A stretch of 64,000 nt of DNA, from NCBI RefSeq assembly GCF_006345805.1, contig NC_043005.1, positions 27,590,001 to 27,654,000 of the forward strand, given 5' to 3'. This document shows positions 35,357 to 48,754 of the stretch, one piece after another. The stretch's first letter is position 1, and each line of letters starts with the position of its first letter. The notes below the pieces were generated by a model, which was given only the letters and a program-made list of their open reading frames with translations, had not been told where the DNA came from and did no database searches. This stretch comes from Octopus sinensis. Its lineage: Eukaryota. The translations under genes and the position numbers were made by a program.

Positions 35357-38300
35357 TATAGCATTAGGTAATATGATGTGCCCGAGAAGACCTGTTGAGT
35401 CAAGTAAAGTTGAAATCATAGCCATGGCTAGTGCCACCTGACTGGCTTCAGTGCCACTGGTATGTGATAATGCTCCATCCAAACATGATCGATGCCAGTG
35501 GCACATAAAATGCTCCATCCGAACATGGTTGCTGACTGGTGCCTGTGCCATTGGCACATAAAAAACACCCACTACACACTCTTGGAGTGGTTGGCATTAA
35601 GAAGGGCATCCAGGTGTAGAAACTTTGCCAAATCAGATTGGAGCCTGGTGTAGCCACTGGCTCTCCAGACCTCAGTCAAACTATCCAACCCATGCCGGCA
35701 TGGAAAGCGTACATTAAATGATGATGATAGATTCTCCTGTCAAAGACAAAGTATGAGTGTTCAGCTTATGGCGAATGCTCTGCGCAAATGATTTGTTTAT
35801 AGTGACCAAATTCAAGTGCCACACATTAGCTCTCTCCTTACATCAAATTGACATTACCTGAACAGGTGCACAGTATACCACACCTCAGGTGTCAAAGTGA
35901 TCCCAGAGCATTTTGCTGAAGAACACAATGCACCACCCAGTCTAGGAATTGAAACCACAATCTTACAATTGTGAGTGCAACACCCTAACTACATATATAT
36001 ATACACAGTGGGCTTCTTTCAGTTTCTGATTAACAACTCCACTCACAAGTTTTTGATTGGCCTGATTGGTCTCGGAAGGAACTTCCCTAAGGTGTCCTGC
36101 ATGTGGTATTCAGTCTGAAACCATGTGGTTGGGAAATGAACTTCTCTCATTGACACAACCAACTGTGATCGACTGGATGAGTATTCTTTGGTGTGCATTA
36201 ACACAAGAGGTATCTGTGGTGTACAGGACAGAAAACAATGCTTGTGTGTGATGCATATGGAGGATGAGAGCTGTAGGCATAAGTTCCAAGCTTATATCAG
36301 TGGAAATAGTTTGTTGTTGAAATTTGGGGTCTGTGAATTGTTTGATGGTTTAAGTGTCAGGTTCAAGTAACGTGTATAAGAAGAAATTGGGTCATGAATT
36401 GTGAGCCATTGTATTCATTATGTCGAGTGGCACTTATTCAATTCAAGTTGATTAACAAACAGCTTGTGTTTCCTTTGTTTTTTTCTTTTAATCTGAATAG
36501 CTTTTTTGTTTTATCTACATATTATTGATGTTATAATCTATGGCTTTACTGCAAGCAGTTCATGTTCTTCCATTTTCCGAGCTGTTTTTTGGAAGATGAC
36601 ACTCCTGTGTTGCAATATTCTTTGATTTGGCTGTGTAAAAATTGATATATTTAGTATAATGGCTAATGTATGTATTGTTTTGAGAATAAGAGTTTGGTGG
36701 AGGAAATTCAGAGAGCTATTACCTCTGTTGGCAACAAAAGGCCCCTCTCGACTATGCTCAAATGGTGCTTTTCACATGCCACTGGCAGGGGACCAGTCAG
36801 CCAGCATTGGCATTGACTATGCTTGGATGGTGCTTTTTACGTGCTACCAGCATGGGAGCCAGTCAGGTGGCACTGGCAATGATCAGGCTCAAATGGTGCT
36901 TTTTACGTCTCTACATATCTTCTCTTCCTTACATTTCTGCTTCATATACTATGATTGCCTTTCACTCTCCAATCTTGTCCCCTTGGCCTGGTGCCACTGT
37001 ATCATTGCTCTCTGCTTGCCCTGACCTGTGCATTCTACCCACATGCCTTGTCTCACTCTATTATTGCCATCTGCTATCCCCAGACCTGAGTGTTCCACCT
37101 ACATGTAACAAGAAAACTTTTCCTTTACTCTACCCCAACAAACCAATCTACATCTCTTCTCTGTCTTGCATTTCCTCCTTCATACACAATGCCTAGCTCT
37201 CATTCCTCAATCCTGCCCTCACATCCCTGTTCCTCTGTATCATTGCTACCTAGTAGCCCCTCCAACTCTATATATACCCAAATATTTCAACACTTACTCC
37301 CACTTTTTAATTGCACCACCTTCGCAATATCCTGTCACTTATATTATGGCATTTGAACCTTACGGGTTTGCCCTGGCATTTGCCACTATCTATACCTCTC
37401 TCTTCTTTTACTCAACCATGTCATTTATACTCTGATCCCCATTCTTTGCTAGTATGCCCGGCATTTTGCCACCATCCCCATCCTGCAGTCTCCCACTCTC
37501 TCTCTCCTCCTCCTCCTGCACTTCCCTCAGGTTGGGCAACCATGTATTTTCTTTGCAGTAGCACACCTGCTTCTGTCTTCATTCTTGATCTCTCTCTCTC
37601 TCTCTCTCTGTGGCCAGGTAACCTTGTACTTCATCTACAGCAAGACACCTGTATCTGTCTCACTATAACCTTTTCATCATCACCTTCTCATCCCCTCTTA
37701 AAAGTTATTGTCTTGCATGTACTTGGTGACCCTGTCAGTTCAGGTGCCTCTTAAACGCACCCGGCCCACACTGTAAAGTGGTTGGTGTTCAGAAGGGCAT
37801 CCAGCTGTAAAAACCTTGCCAAAACTGACCTTACCTGTGCTTGTGCCACGTAAAAAGCACTAAGTCCATTCTACTGAGTGGTTGGTGTTAGGAAGGGCAT
37901 CCAGCTGTAAAAATCCTGCTAAAACAGTCACAGAAGTCTGGTGCAGGCTTCAGCCTGGCCAGCCCTTGTGGTACCATCCCACCCCTTATGGTACCATCCC
38001 ACCCCTTGTGGTACCATCCCACCCATGCTAGCATGGAGCACAGACATTAAATGATGATGATGATGGTGATGGTGATGATGATGATGATCTTTCTTGAAAT
38101 GGAGTTTTCATCTAGAAATATTGAAGCTAATTGCAAGGATTTTATTTACAGAGACTAAAAGAAGCCTATTGTGTTTGTGTATGTGTGTGTGTGTGTGTGT
38201 GTGTAGCCATATCCTGACATCACATACAATGACATTTGTTTCCAGTCTTTTGTGAAAAATATGTCTGGCCATGAGGAGATATTAACTTGTTTGGAAAGAC

Positions 38301-39082
38301 ATGATTGTTGTTGACAGGAAGAACAGTCAATTGTAGAAAATCTGCATCAACAGATTCTGTTTGACAAATGCAAGCTTGGAAAAGTGGACATTAAAGTGGT
38401 GGTGGTGGTGGTCATTATGGTGATGGTGGTGGTAGTAGCGATGGTTGTTGCGGTGGTGGTGGTGGTGGTGGTGGTCACGGTGCCGGTTGCGGTGGTGGTG
38501 ATGATGATGGTGGTGATGATTGCGTGTGCATAGACATAGCTGTGTAGTAAGAAGTTTACTTTCCAACCACATGCTTTCAAGTTCAAACCCACTGCATGGC
38601 ACCTTGAGCAGGTGTCTTCTGTTATAGCACCAGGATAACTTATGCCTTTTAAATGGATTCATAGACAAAAGCTAAAAGAAGCTTGTCACGTGTGCGTGTG
38701 TGTGTCTGCATCTGTGTCCCTCCCTCCCACCACTCCTTAACAAGTGGTGTCACTTTATGTACCTCCCCATAATTTAGCAGTCCAACAAAAGAGGTCAATA
38801 GAATACATACCAGACTTTAAAAATGCATGTACCAGGTTCAATTTGTTCAACTAAACCCTTTGAGGCAGTGCTCCAGCTTGGCTATAGTCCAGTCACTGAA
38901 ACAACTAAAAGATAAAAGGTGCCTGTATGGGTTATTTATGTGTTGAAATGTTATTTGTGTAATATTTGTGTGATATTTGTGTGTTAAGATAAAAAGGTGT
39001 CATATTTGTGTTATTTGTGTTTATATTTCACATTAATTGTGTATTATTTCTAGATGTTGTAGCCTTCTCTTTATGTTTTCAG

Positions 39083-39179
39083 TTTGATTGAATTACTGTG
39101 CAACTTCGACAAGAGGCTGGCCTCTCAGCAAGACCAGAAATACGGAGGCTTCCCAATCCATTGGGTACAAAAAGAAGAG
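39083..39179 (+). CDS. PLA2G6: PLA2G6 coding exon 6 (LIELLCNFDKRLASQQDQKYGGFPIHWVQKEE)
   Basis: ttttcag acceptor, gag/gttggc donor, 97 nt, phase 2-0. Matches the D.RYGASPLHW motif of the family. Confidence 0.92.
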
Positions 39180-39488
39180 GTTGGCTATACTTTCTTTTGT
39201 TTCTTTATTTCTTCAACCTCAGTGGGATTCTTGTGGTTTTCAAAAACAACTGTACTTACAGACTCAAGTGTGGCTATGTTGTAAGAAGTTTGCTTCCCAT
39301 CCACATGGTCTTGGGTTCAGTCCCACTGTGTGCCACCTTGGGCAAATATCTTCTACTATAGCACTGGGCTGGATTTGGTTCATGGAAACTGAAAGAAACC
39401 TATTGAGAAGACGCATCAAGCTAAGCAAAATCACTGTCATCTATCCATACAGGCTGGTCCTTTACAGGTGGTGGTGCCACATAAAATG

Positions 39489-39558
<70 letters not shown>

Positions 39559-39924
39559 CTCAATTTTGATTCTTATATACTCCCCCACCTTCTCCCATAC
39601 TTTAAACCTTTGTTCCCGGACATAAAAGCCAAACCCCATCCCTCAGTGTTTATATTCTTGCGAGCTGCAAGTTGACCTCAGTAGTGCTGCATTTGGTATG
39701 CAAAAAGCACCCATCACAGACTGTAAAGTGGTTGGCTTTAAGAAGGGCATCTGGCCATGGAAACCCTGCCAAAGTAGACGATCAAGCTTGGTGTAGACCT
39801 GAGAACCATCAGACCCTGTCAACCCATGCCAGCAAAGACCGTGAACATTAAATAATGATTATTATGATGGTGGTAGTGGTGGTGGTGATGATGATGATGA
39901 TGCATTTTCTTTCTCTATTTTCAG

Positions 39925-40110
39925 CATATTAACATTCTGAGGCAATACGGAGCTGACATAAATGTCATCAGTACTTACAATTCTCGCTCCGCTCTCCACA
40001 TAATGTTGGAGAAGCACCGCTACAACTGCGCCATGACTTTACTTAGTCATGGCATAGATGCCAACTTGAAAGATAAAGATGGTAATACAGGTCTTCACAT
40101 TGCGGTTGAG
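39925..40110 (+). CDS. PLA2G6: PLA2G6 coding exon 7, ankyrin (HINILRQYGADIN...DGNTGLHIAVE)
   Basis: ttttcag acceptor, gag/gtaagt donor, 186 nt, phase 0-0. Confidence 0.94.
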
Positions 40111-40333
40111 GTAAGTCACCATTTTGAACCATGCCTTGTGTTAAATGTTTTTATATTCTGAGTGCCAAATCTGTTTTATTTTGTGTGTGTGTGTGTGTTT
40201 AGGCTTTGTGGGGAGACTTAGGCAGTGTTCTAACCTGAGTGAAATCTCCAAGGACACTGTTGATGATAACCTATCTGGGACTGCTCCAGTTTCTTATGAT
40301 ATAAAACTTCCTTATTTACATTTGACGCCATAT

Positions 40334-40585
40334 GTCATGGGTATATGGCGAAGTGGTTAAGAGCACAGGCTACTAACCCCAAGATTCTGAGTTCGATTCC
40401 AGGCAGTGATCTGAATAATAATAAGAAGAATACCATCGGAAAAATACCTTAGGATTGAAAACCCAGGTTCAAAATTCCCCTAAGACACCTGATGAAGGCT
40501 GGAGAGTACATCAGCCAAAATGTTGTGTTAACAACAGACACGATGAGGACAAATATCCGTCAAATGTAAATAATTCCTCCTCTAT
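40334..40585 (+). mobile_element. tRNA-headed SINE with a hammerhead-like motif (40485-40527) in its 3' half
   Basis: A box TGGCGAAGTGG, B box GAGTTCGATTCC, then ACAC-CTGATGA-A-GGCTG-loop-CAGCC-AAAAT-GT-T-GTGT (decayed GAAAC). Confidence 0.7.
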
Positions 40586-40904
40586 ATGTTTGTGTGTCTG
40601 TGTTTGTCCTCCCAACATTGCTTGACAACCGATGCTGGTGTGTTTACATCCCCATCACTTCGTGGTTCGGCAAAAGATACTGATAGAATAAGTACTAGAC
40701 TTACAAAGAATAAGTCCTGGGGTCAGTGTATTTGACGAAAGGTGGTGCTCCAGCATGGCCACAGTCAAATGGCTGAACCAAGTAAAAGAGTAAAAGAATA
40801 TATATGTATGTATACAACATGTGCACACACACACACACACACACACATTAATTCATGTATCATGTGGTCAAGTGCTAATGAAATATTTTTCTGTGTTTCT
40901 CAAG

Positions 40905-41020
40905 CATCAAAACCTGAGCATGGTGAGAGCTCTGGCAATATTCGGGACTGATCTGAACATTCGTAACAATCAGCGGCACACTGCAAGACATAAAGCTGCT
41001 TTACTGAAAAATGATAATGG
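40905..41020 (+). CDS. PLA2G6: PLA2G6 coding exon 8 (HQNLSMVRALAIFGTDLNIRNNQRHTARHKAALLKNDN)
   Basis: tctcaag acceptor, gg/gtattt donor, phase 0-2. Matches the MIKALIVFGA.V motif. Confidence 0.88.
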
Positions 41021-41063
41021 GTATTTATTACTGATTCCTTACCATTTAAAAAAAATTTATTAA

Positions 41064-41644
41064 TATTGGGTTGTCCAGAAAGTTTGTGCCGATTTATAGT
41101 AGCTTACCTTTTGACTTATTTTAGAACATGGTTGAGTCCATAAAATAGGGTTTGACTACACCTTCATTTAGAGCACAGTTTAAGCTATCTTTTCGTAGAA
41201 GAAGGTTTATATTCCTATAACCTGTGCTAATTCTTTAACTCTTTAAAATGGAAGATAAAGATAAGAAAGTTCATTTTTGGCACTTGATGCTTTGGGAACC
41301 AGACAAAAATTGCTGCAGCTCGACTGGGATATGTTACCCTATCGTTCATATTCACCAGATATTGCTCCTTCGGATTTCCACTTATTCAGGTCTCTGCAGA
41401 ATAGTCTTAATAGTAAAAATTTCAATTGCTTAGATGACATAAAAAGATACCTTGATGAATTCTTTGCCATGAAACCACCTCAATTCTGGGAAGAGGGTAT
41501 TTTCAAGTTAAAGGAAAGAAAAGATGGAGACGCATTGTGCAACAAAATGGTTCATATTTAGTTGATTAAAAATGTAATGGCAAGTATTTATTGACCTTTT
41601 TCTTTCCTTTAAAAATTGGCATGAACTTTCCAGACAACCCAATA
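41064..41644 (+). mobile_element. Internally deleted mariner (DD34D) element
   Basis: TIRs TATTGGGTTGTCCAGAAAGTTTGTGCCGATTT / AAATTGGCATGAACTTTCCAGACAACCCAATA. The N-terminal MEDKDKKVHFWHLML is fused to the C-terminal YSPDIAPSDFHLFRSLQNSL. Confidence 0.9.
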
Positions 41645-41940
41645 TATATATTATTTATGTGTGTTTTTTCTTGTGTGTGTGTCATCTTCATTGACATCAT
41701 CATTTAATGTCATCTTTTCCCTGCTTGCATGGGTTTGATGGAATTTGTTGAGGCAGGCTTTCTGTAGTCAGATACCCTTCCTGTCACCAACCCTCTCCTG
41801 TTTCCAAATAAGGTAGTATTTCTCCATGGTTGGACATGCTTTCACTGAAGATTGGAAGCAAAAGACACTGCTTGTTTGACAGTGGCACTCATTTACAACT
41901 ATAATATGCAATGCGATGACAAAGACACATACACACACAT

Positions 41941-41971
<31 letters not shown>

Positions 41972-42173
41972 CAACAGGCCTCTACGCAACTTATGTCTAC
42001 CAAATTCACTCACAACGTGCTGGTCAGTCTGGAACTGTAGCAAAAGCTACTTGCCCATGGTCCAAGGTGTCACACTGTTGGACTCAACCTGAAAACATGT
42101 AACTGCAATGTGAGCTGACCACAATAGGCCATGCCTACTGACCAAGCATAGAAAAGCAGATAAAAAGTTATAC

Positions 42174-42216
<43 letters not shown>

Positions 42217-42804
42217 TATCTGTACATATGTATGTGTGTATATATGTGTATATATACTCACTCATTTAGATCATGTCAATTGGAGTTATTAGCTTGGAAG
42301 TTTCCAGCATGTAAATGGCTGTCAATTTACACTGTAGGAACATAAAAAAATTAATGAATTAATTATTCAATTAATAATATTCTTTTTTATGATTCTATCA
42401 TAAGATTAAAAATGATTATTTAATATCAGGTACGCCACAACTCCAACTTCAGTAGTAACATTAGTTATGTCATGTGGTAAAGAAATATAAGGAAAGGAGT
42501 TGTTACATATGTTTCAATAGCACGGTAGTTTATTCATGATTCATGTGTTATGCCATACAAAAACAAAGCCATTTTACCAGACACCCAACTGTTAGGATAA
42601 AAATTTGACATTTTATTTTACTAGCAACTGGGTGCCTGATGAAGAGGCTGATGTTTTTATATGATGTAACACATGAATTATTAATAAAAAACCATGCTAT
42701 TGTCAATCCATTTCCATTATGATGTATATGTACATAATATGCAATAGAAGCAGCTCTACATTAAAATCTTTATGACACAGTTTGTGTGTGTATATATATA
42801 TATA

Positions 42805-42841
<37 letters not shown>

Positions 42842-43469
42842 CATCATCTTCGTTTAACATGTGTTTTCCATGCTACATGGGTTGGATGGTTTGACTGGGG
42901 TCTGGGAAGCCAAGAGCTTTTTACATGCCACCAGCACAGGGACCAGAGGCTGGTAGTGATTGCGAGTGTGATTGTTGCTCATTTCACTGTTTTTGCAACA
43001 TGTCACACACTTGAGTCACATCTAACACAAAGCCACCTCAGCCAGTCTGACATATATAGAATCAGTAAATAAATGATTAACTGGCCTTGTAAAGAGGCCA
43101 CATAGCTGAATAAAATTCAAATTATTTATTTACGTGTGGATGTGTTGGATGTTCAGACAAGAGATTCAGGGTAGCAAGAGGCTGACTTGACCAAAAAGAA
43201 TCATTAATCTCTGCTATAGTTTCAAATATTTCTTCTGATGGCCAACACTAAATATCGATGATCGAGGGACAATGGCAAAGGGAGATAATCACCTAGGATT
43301 TTACCCTTAAAAATGTGGCTTTTCCCCCTCCATATTTTAAAGAGTCTCAAGCCAGTAGTGTTTGGGGTCTGAAGATATGCCATAAGGCTAAACCCCTTCT
43401 GAGCAAGAAACCCAGGGTAGCCCCATAAATCAGCCTACCCCACTATAATATTAACTACTTTACATCTAA

Positions 43470-43483
43470 GAGTACAGCTCAAC

Positions 43484-43524
<41 letters not shown>

Positions 43525-43856
43525 TATTTATAAATTCCAGGGTAGCAAAAAATTTTTTTTTATTTCTTTGCTACCAGTGGTCTAGCATGAAGAAAAAAAT
43601 TAGTCAATAGACTATATATTATTCATATAAAAATACAGTGTACATTTAAACACATGGAGTTTAACTACTCCTTCTAGCAGGTCAGATGTCCTGTTATGGT
43701 CATCTCTTATGTGTGTGTGGTGTGTATATATATTATATATATATATATATATATAAAATGTATGTATATATATATATATATAATGTATGTATATTATATA
43801 TATAATGTATGTATATATATATGTAATGTATGTATATATATATGTATGTATATATG

Positions 43857-43917
<61 letters not shown>

Positions 43918-44091
43918 ATGTATATATATATATATGCATATATATAATGTATATATATATATATGTATATATATATGTATATATATATATATATATATAT
44001 ACATATATATAATGTATATATATATATAATGTATGTATATATATATATATATAATGTATGTATATATATATATATATATTATATATATATA

Positions 44092-44145
<54 letters not shown>

Positions 44146-44150
44146 CTGTG

Positions 44151-44184
<34 letters not shown>

Positions 44185-44215
44185 GTGTGTGTGTGTGTTA
44201 TATATATATATATAT
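43470..44215. repeat. Large interrupted (TA)n/(TG)n microsatellite complex
   Basis: Visible directly. Source of the YIYI ORFs in the track. Confidence 0.95.
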
Positions 44216-45119
44216 AGCAATCATCGGCAAAGCTAAGTGCATAGATCACTTATTTCTTTCAATATCTGATATAAACTTCTCAATATTTTGAATGTTTTCC
44301 CTACTTTGTTCCATAAACTGTTTTGTGCCAATGTAATAGGTTTCTTGTGCAAGTTTATATACATCATTATTTCGTAATATCAGCATATTACATTATCTAA
44401 TTAAGTTCTTGAAGTGTTACATTACTGGTAAGATTTTAAATTTAACAAACAATTGATTGAGTGAAATCTTTATTTTCAATAATTACCACAACTTTTAGAT
44501 AATGGTGGGCTTCCCCCTGTATTTTCCTCCCACCTTTTCACCACCCACCACTACCACCATTCATCACCTGCAGTCTTTTTACCTTTCTTTTTCTTTCAGG
44601 GTGTTCACTCTCACTCACGTGTGCACACACATGCACACACATTTAGATCAATACTTACATGTGTCTGTGTATGCAGACATTCAACATTGTTCATTCTCGT
44701 TGACCTAATGTGCCTCAATGTGCCTCTCTTTATCCAACTTTGGAGTTGTCAGGTCTCCAGGTAGCTGTTTTCACCCTTCTTTCTTTTTCTTTGCCCTGAG
44801 GATTTCAGTATCTGGGAGATACAATAATTCATTAAGCAGTTATACTTGTCTAATTAATTAGACACATGCAAGAGCTCTTGGCCTTGAGGCAAACCCTTGC
44901 ACAAACCTTCTTCTTTTCAGATGCTGAAAGCTGCCCTCAGCTACCCATTTGCTCTTCCTATCAAATCCACAAACTTAGATCAGCCACCATTAATGTTGGC
45001 ACAATGAAAGGTAAATATTTTAAGCATCACAGTTGTTATTGCTCATCAAACCTAAGAGAATAGGCTACAGCCTATGTTTCCACATATCTGACAATTTATA
45101 AAGGGGAAATGTCGTATCC

Positions 45120-46050
45120 AGTGACTGGTGCAACTGTATAATAGTTAACTGTTACAAGGATTAAAGGAGATACTTTAGAGAGAGATATTTACAAAGGCAT
45201 CAGATTGCTGGTCCATGTCATTAGAGTTACAGAAAGACTTATGTCTTAATTAATCAAAGAGAGAGAGAGAGAGTTTTGTGCCAGAGCAAAGTATTATAAA
45301 TGCCCTCTTCCTTTAAGACAACTGCAAGAAAAGTACTTACCTAAAAATAGCCACCCCATACACACACTTAGCATTTGCTGGACTTCAACAGGGTCCCTCA
45401 CGCTGTATTTGGGTGACTGCTGAGGAAACTCTAAGTAGATGAATGGTTTATGAGAACCATACAATCTATGTGCAGAGATGCTGTCAGTAAGGTGAGAGTT
45501 AGCAATGAGTACAGTGATGAATTTAGCATGCAAGTAGGACTTCATTAGGGCTCAGTTCTCTGTCCCTCATATTCGTTATAGGTCATAAAAGGAGTTTAAG
45601 ATGGATTTTCCATAAGAATTGCTATAAGTTTATGACATTGTTCTTATAACTGATTCTGTTGTAGAATTAGAAACTTCAAGCACACTCTGGAATTAAAGGG
45701 CCTCAAAGCTAACATAGAAAAGACCAAAGTTTTAGTATGTAGGAAAACCAACAGAACTTTGCTTTCATCAGGGAAATGGCCTTGCTTGATACAAAGAAAA
45801 GGAGTTGGTAGAAATTCCAAACGGAATACCTGTGCAAACTTTGAATACACAGGAGTTGCAATTGTATCAGTGGGAAGTAGATTTTGTATGTGGGAGTTAC
45901 TCAAAAGCAATAAGCCCTTCTTCCAAAATGCTCAGGGGATAGTAGACAGCATTTGTTACCTGGGTGTCCTAATTAGTAGTGGAAGAAGGTATTGTAAAAG
46001 TATGGTTGCAAGAATAAGAACAGGCTTGACAAAATCTCAGAGAACTTAGA
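45120..46050 (+). mobile_element. Highly degenerate RTE RT relic
   Basis: Fragments such as SSGKWPCLIQRKGVGRNS and CYLGVLISSG...VARIRTG. Confidence 0.7.
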
Positions 46051-46489
46051 TCTCTGTTACTCTTTTACTTGTTTTGGTCATTTGACTGCAGCCATGCTGG
46101 AGCACTGCGCTTTTAGTGGAGCAAACTGACTCCAGGACTTATTCTTTGTAAGCCTAGTGCTTATTCTATCAGTCTCTTTGCCGAACCACTAAGTTACGGG
46201 AACATGAACACACCAGCATCAGTTGTCAAGCAATGTTGGGGGGACAAACACAGACACACACACACATATACATGACGGGCTTCTTTCAGTTTCTGTCTAC
46301 CAAATCCACTCACAAGACTTTGGTCAGCCCGAGACTATAGTAGAAGACACTTGTCCAAGGTGCCACACAGTGGGAATGAATCCAGAACCATGTGGTTGGT
46401 AAGCTAGCTACTTACCACACAGCCACTCCAGCCCCTACTTACCAAACAGCCACTCCTGTAACTCTACACACTATATTTTTAACATATTA

Positions 46490-48686
46490 TGAAAGACTGC
46501 TGAATGTGGAGAATGAATGTTGACCCAGTAGAGGGACCAGCTATCCGAATAGACAGCTCCCTTGTAGTTAAGGCAATTAAGGGTATGAAACCATCAGGAA
46601 TCACTGCTGAGATGCTTAAAACAGCTGGTTATGTGGGCTATGGCCTAGTCACCCGCATTGTAAACCAGGTAGTTCATAATGGAGTCATACCCAATGACTG
46701 GCGTAGCAACACCATAGTCAACTGCTACAAGGATAAGGGTGATGCTCTAGATAGAAATAACTACTGGGGTATTAAACTGTTGGATCAGGTGATGAAGGTC
46801 TCAGAGATGGTCATAACCCATCTCATTAGGGAGAGAATTTGCTTAGATGAGATGCAGTTCGGTTTTGTGCCGGGTAGAAGCACCACTGATGCTATATTCC
46901 TGGTCCGACAACTGCAGGAGAAGTACCTAGCTAAAGATAAACCCCTCTACATAGCTTTTGTGGACTTGGAGAAAGCCTTTGACAGGGTCCCCCGATCCCT
47001 TATCTGGTGGTCGATGCGGAAACTGGAGATTGACGAATGGCTAATAAGGGCTGTACAGGCCCTATACAGAGAGGCTGTCAGCAAGGTTAGAATTGGCAAC
47101 GAATATAGTGAAGAATTCCGGGTAGAAGTAGGTGTACACCAAGGCTCAGCTCTCAGTCCCCTTTTATTCATCATAGTCCTCCAGGCAATAACAGAGGAAT
47201 TCAAAACAGGTTGTCCCTGGGAGCTCCTCTATGCTGATGACCTGGCTCTCATAGCAGAATTCCTACCGGAACTAGAAAAGAAATTTCGGGTGTGAAAGCA
47301 AGGGTTAGAATCAAAGGGCCTTAGAGTAAATGTAGCAAAGACCAAAGTTATAGTAAGCAGAAAGGCGTACTCAGCACACACACCCTCGGGCAGGTGGCCC
47401 TGCTCGATATATAGGAAAGGTGTAGGTAGAAACTCCATAAGATGTACCCAGCGTAAGCTATGGACGCATAAGAGGTGCAGCAACATCAAAAGGAAATTAA
47501 CTGATAAGATAGCTTTCATGTGTGGCAGATGCACAGGGACAATAGACACCACAGATACTCAGAAAACAGATTCCATCACACTCCAGAGGGAGAAACTAGA
47601 AGTAGTTGATAGTTTCCTCTACCTGGGTGACCAAGTTAGTAGTGAAGGTGGATGCTCAGAGAGTGTCACCACTAGAATACAAATAGCCTGGGCAAAGTTT
47701 AGAAAGCTCCTACCCCTACTGGTGACAAAAGGTCTCTCGCCCAGAGTGAAAGGTAGATTGTATGATTCATGTGTGCAAACTGCCATGCTTCACGGTAGTG
47801 AAACATGGGCTGTGACTGCAGAGGACATGCGTAGACTTGAAAGAAATGAAGCTAGCATGATCTGCTGGATGTGTAATGTCAGTGTGCGTGCACGACAGAG
47901 GGTAAGCACCCTGAGAGAAATGCTGGACATAAGAAGCATCAGATGTGGTGTGCAAGAGCGATGCTTGTGATGGTATGGTCATGTACTGTGGATGGATGAG
48001 GAGAGATGTGTGAAGAAGTGCCGCTCCCAAACAGTTGAAGGTATCAGGGGAAGAGGTAGACCCAGGAAGACATGGGATGAGGTAGTCAAGCATGACCTCA
48101 GAGCGTTGGGTCTCACAGAGGCAATGACGAAGGACCGAGATCTCTGGAGATATGCTGTGACTGCAAAGACCCGGGCTGCTTCCTGCACCAGTCCTGCATA
48201 GCCCCTGCCCATTCAAAGTACCTTGGATTCCAGAATATCCCGCTGTGCTGTAGGAGACCTATTGAGTCAAGTACATAAACATCGAAATAAATATCAATGG
48301 AAATAGTAGCTGTGATACCTGTGCTGGTGGCACATAAAAAGCACCATCCGAACGTGGCCGATGCCAGTGCCACCTTGACTGGCTTCTGTGCCGGTGACAC
48401 ATAAAAAGCACCATCCGAACGTGGCCGATGCCAGCGCTGCCTTGACTGGCTTCTGTGCCTGTGGCACGTTAAAAGCACCAACCGATCGTGGCCGATGCCA
48501 GACTCCCCTGGCACGTAAAAAGCACCCACTACACTCGCGGAGTGGTTGGCGTTAGGAAGGGCATCCAGCTGTAGAAACACTGCCAGATCAGACTGGAGCC
48601 TGGTGCAGCTCCTGGCTTCCCAGACCCCGGTCGAATCGTCCAACCCGTGCTAGCACGGAAAACGGACGTTAAACGATGATGATGAT
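46490..48686 (+). mobile_element. RTE LINE, 5'-truncated, sense orientation in intron 8, RT with stops, 3' UTR and (GAT)n tail
   Basis: ORFs 46504-47295 (YADD), 47518-47970 and 47992-48201 align to the 29216-31221 ORF. UTR units follow. Confidence 0.93.
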
Positions 48687-48754
48687 TAAGATTTCTCCCT
48701 CAAAGTTAAAGTTAGATTGTGTGATGCGTGTGTATAAAATGCCATCCTAAATGA

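Noticed and set aside
42636-42670. CTGATGAAGAGGCTG hammerhead-like start
   Set aside because: No closing helix II or GAAA found downstream.
43612-44291. Many ORFs rich in YI/HT/CV/LLL/HHH across the ORF track
   Set aside because: They are translations of (TA)n, (CA)n, (ATT)n and (CAT)n microsatellites.
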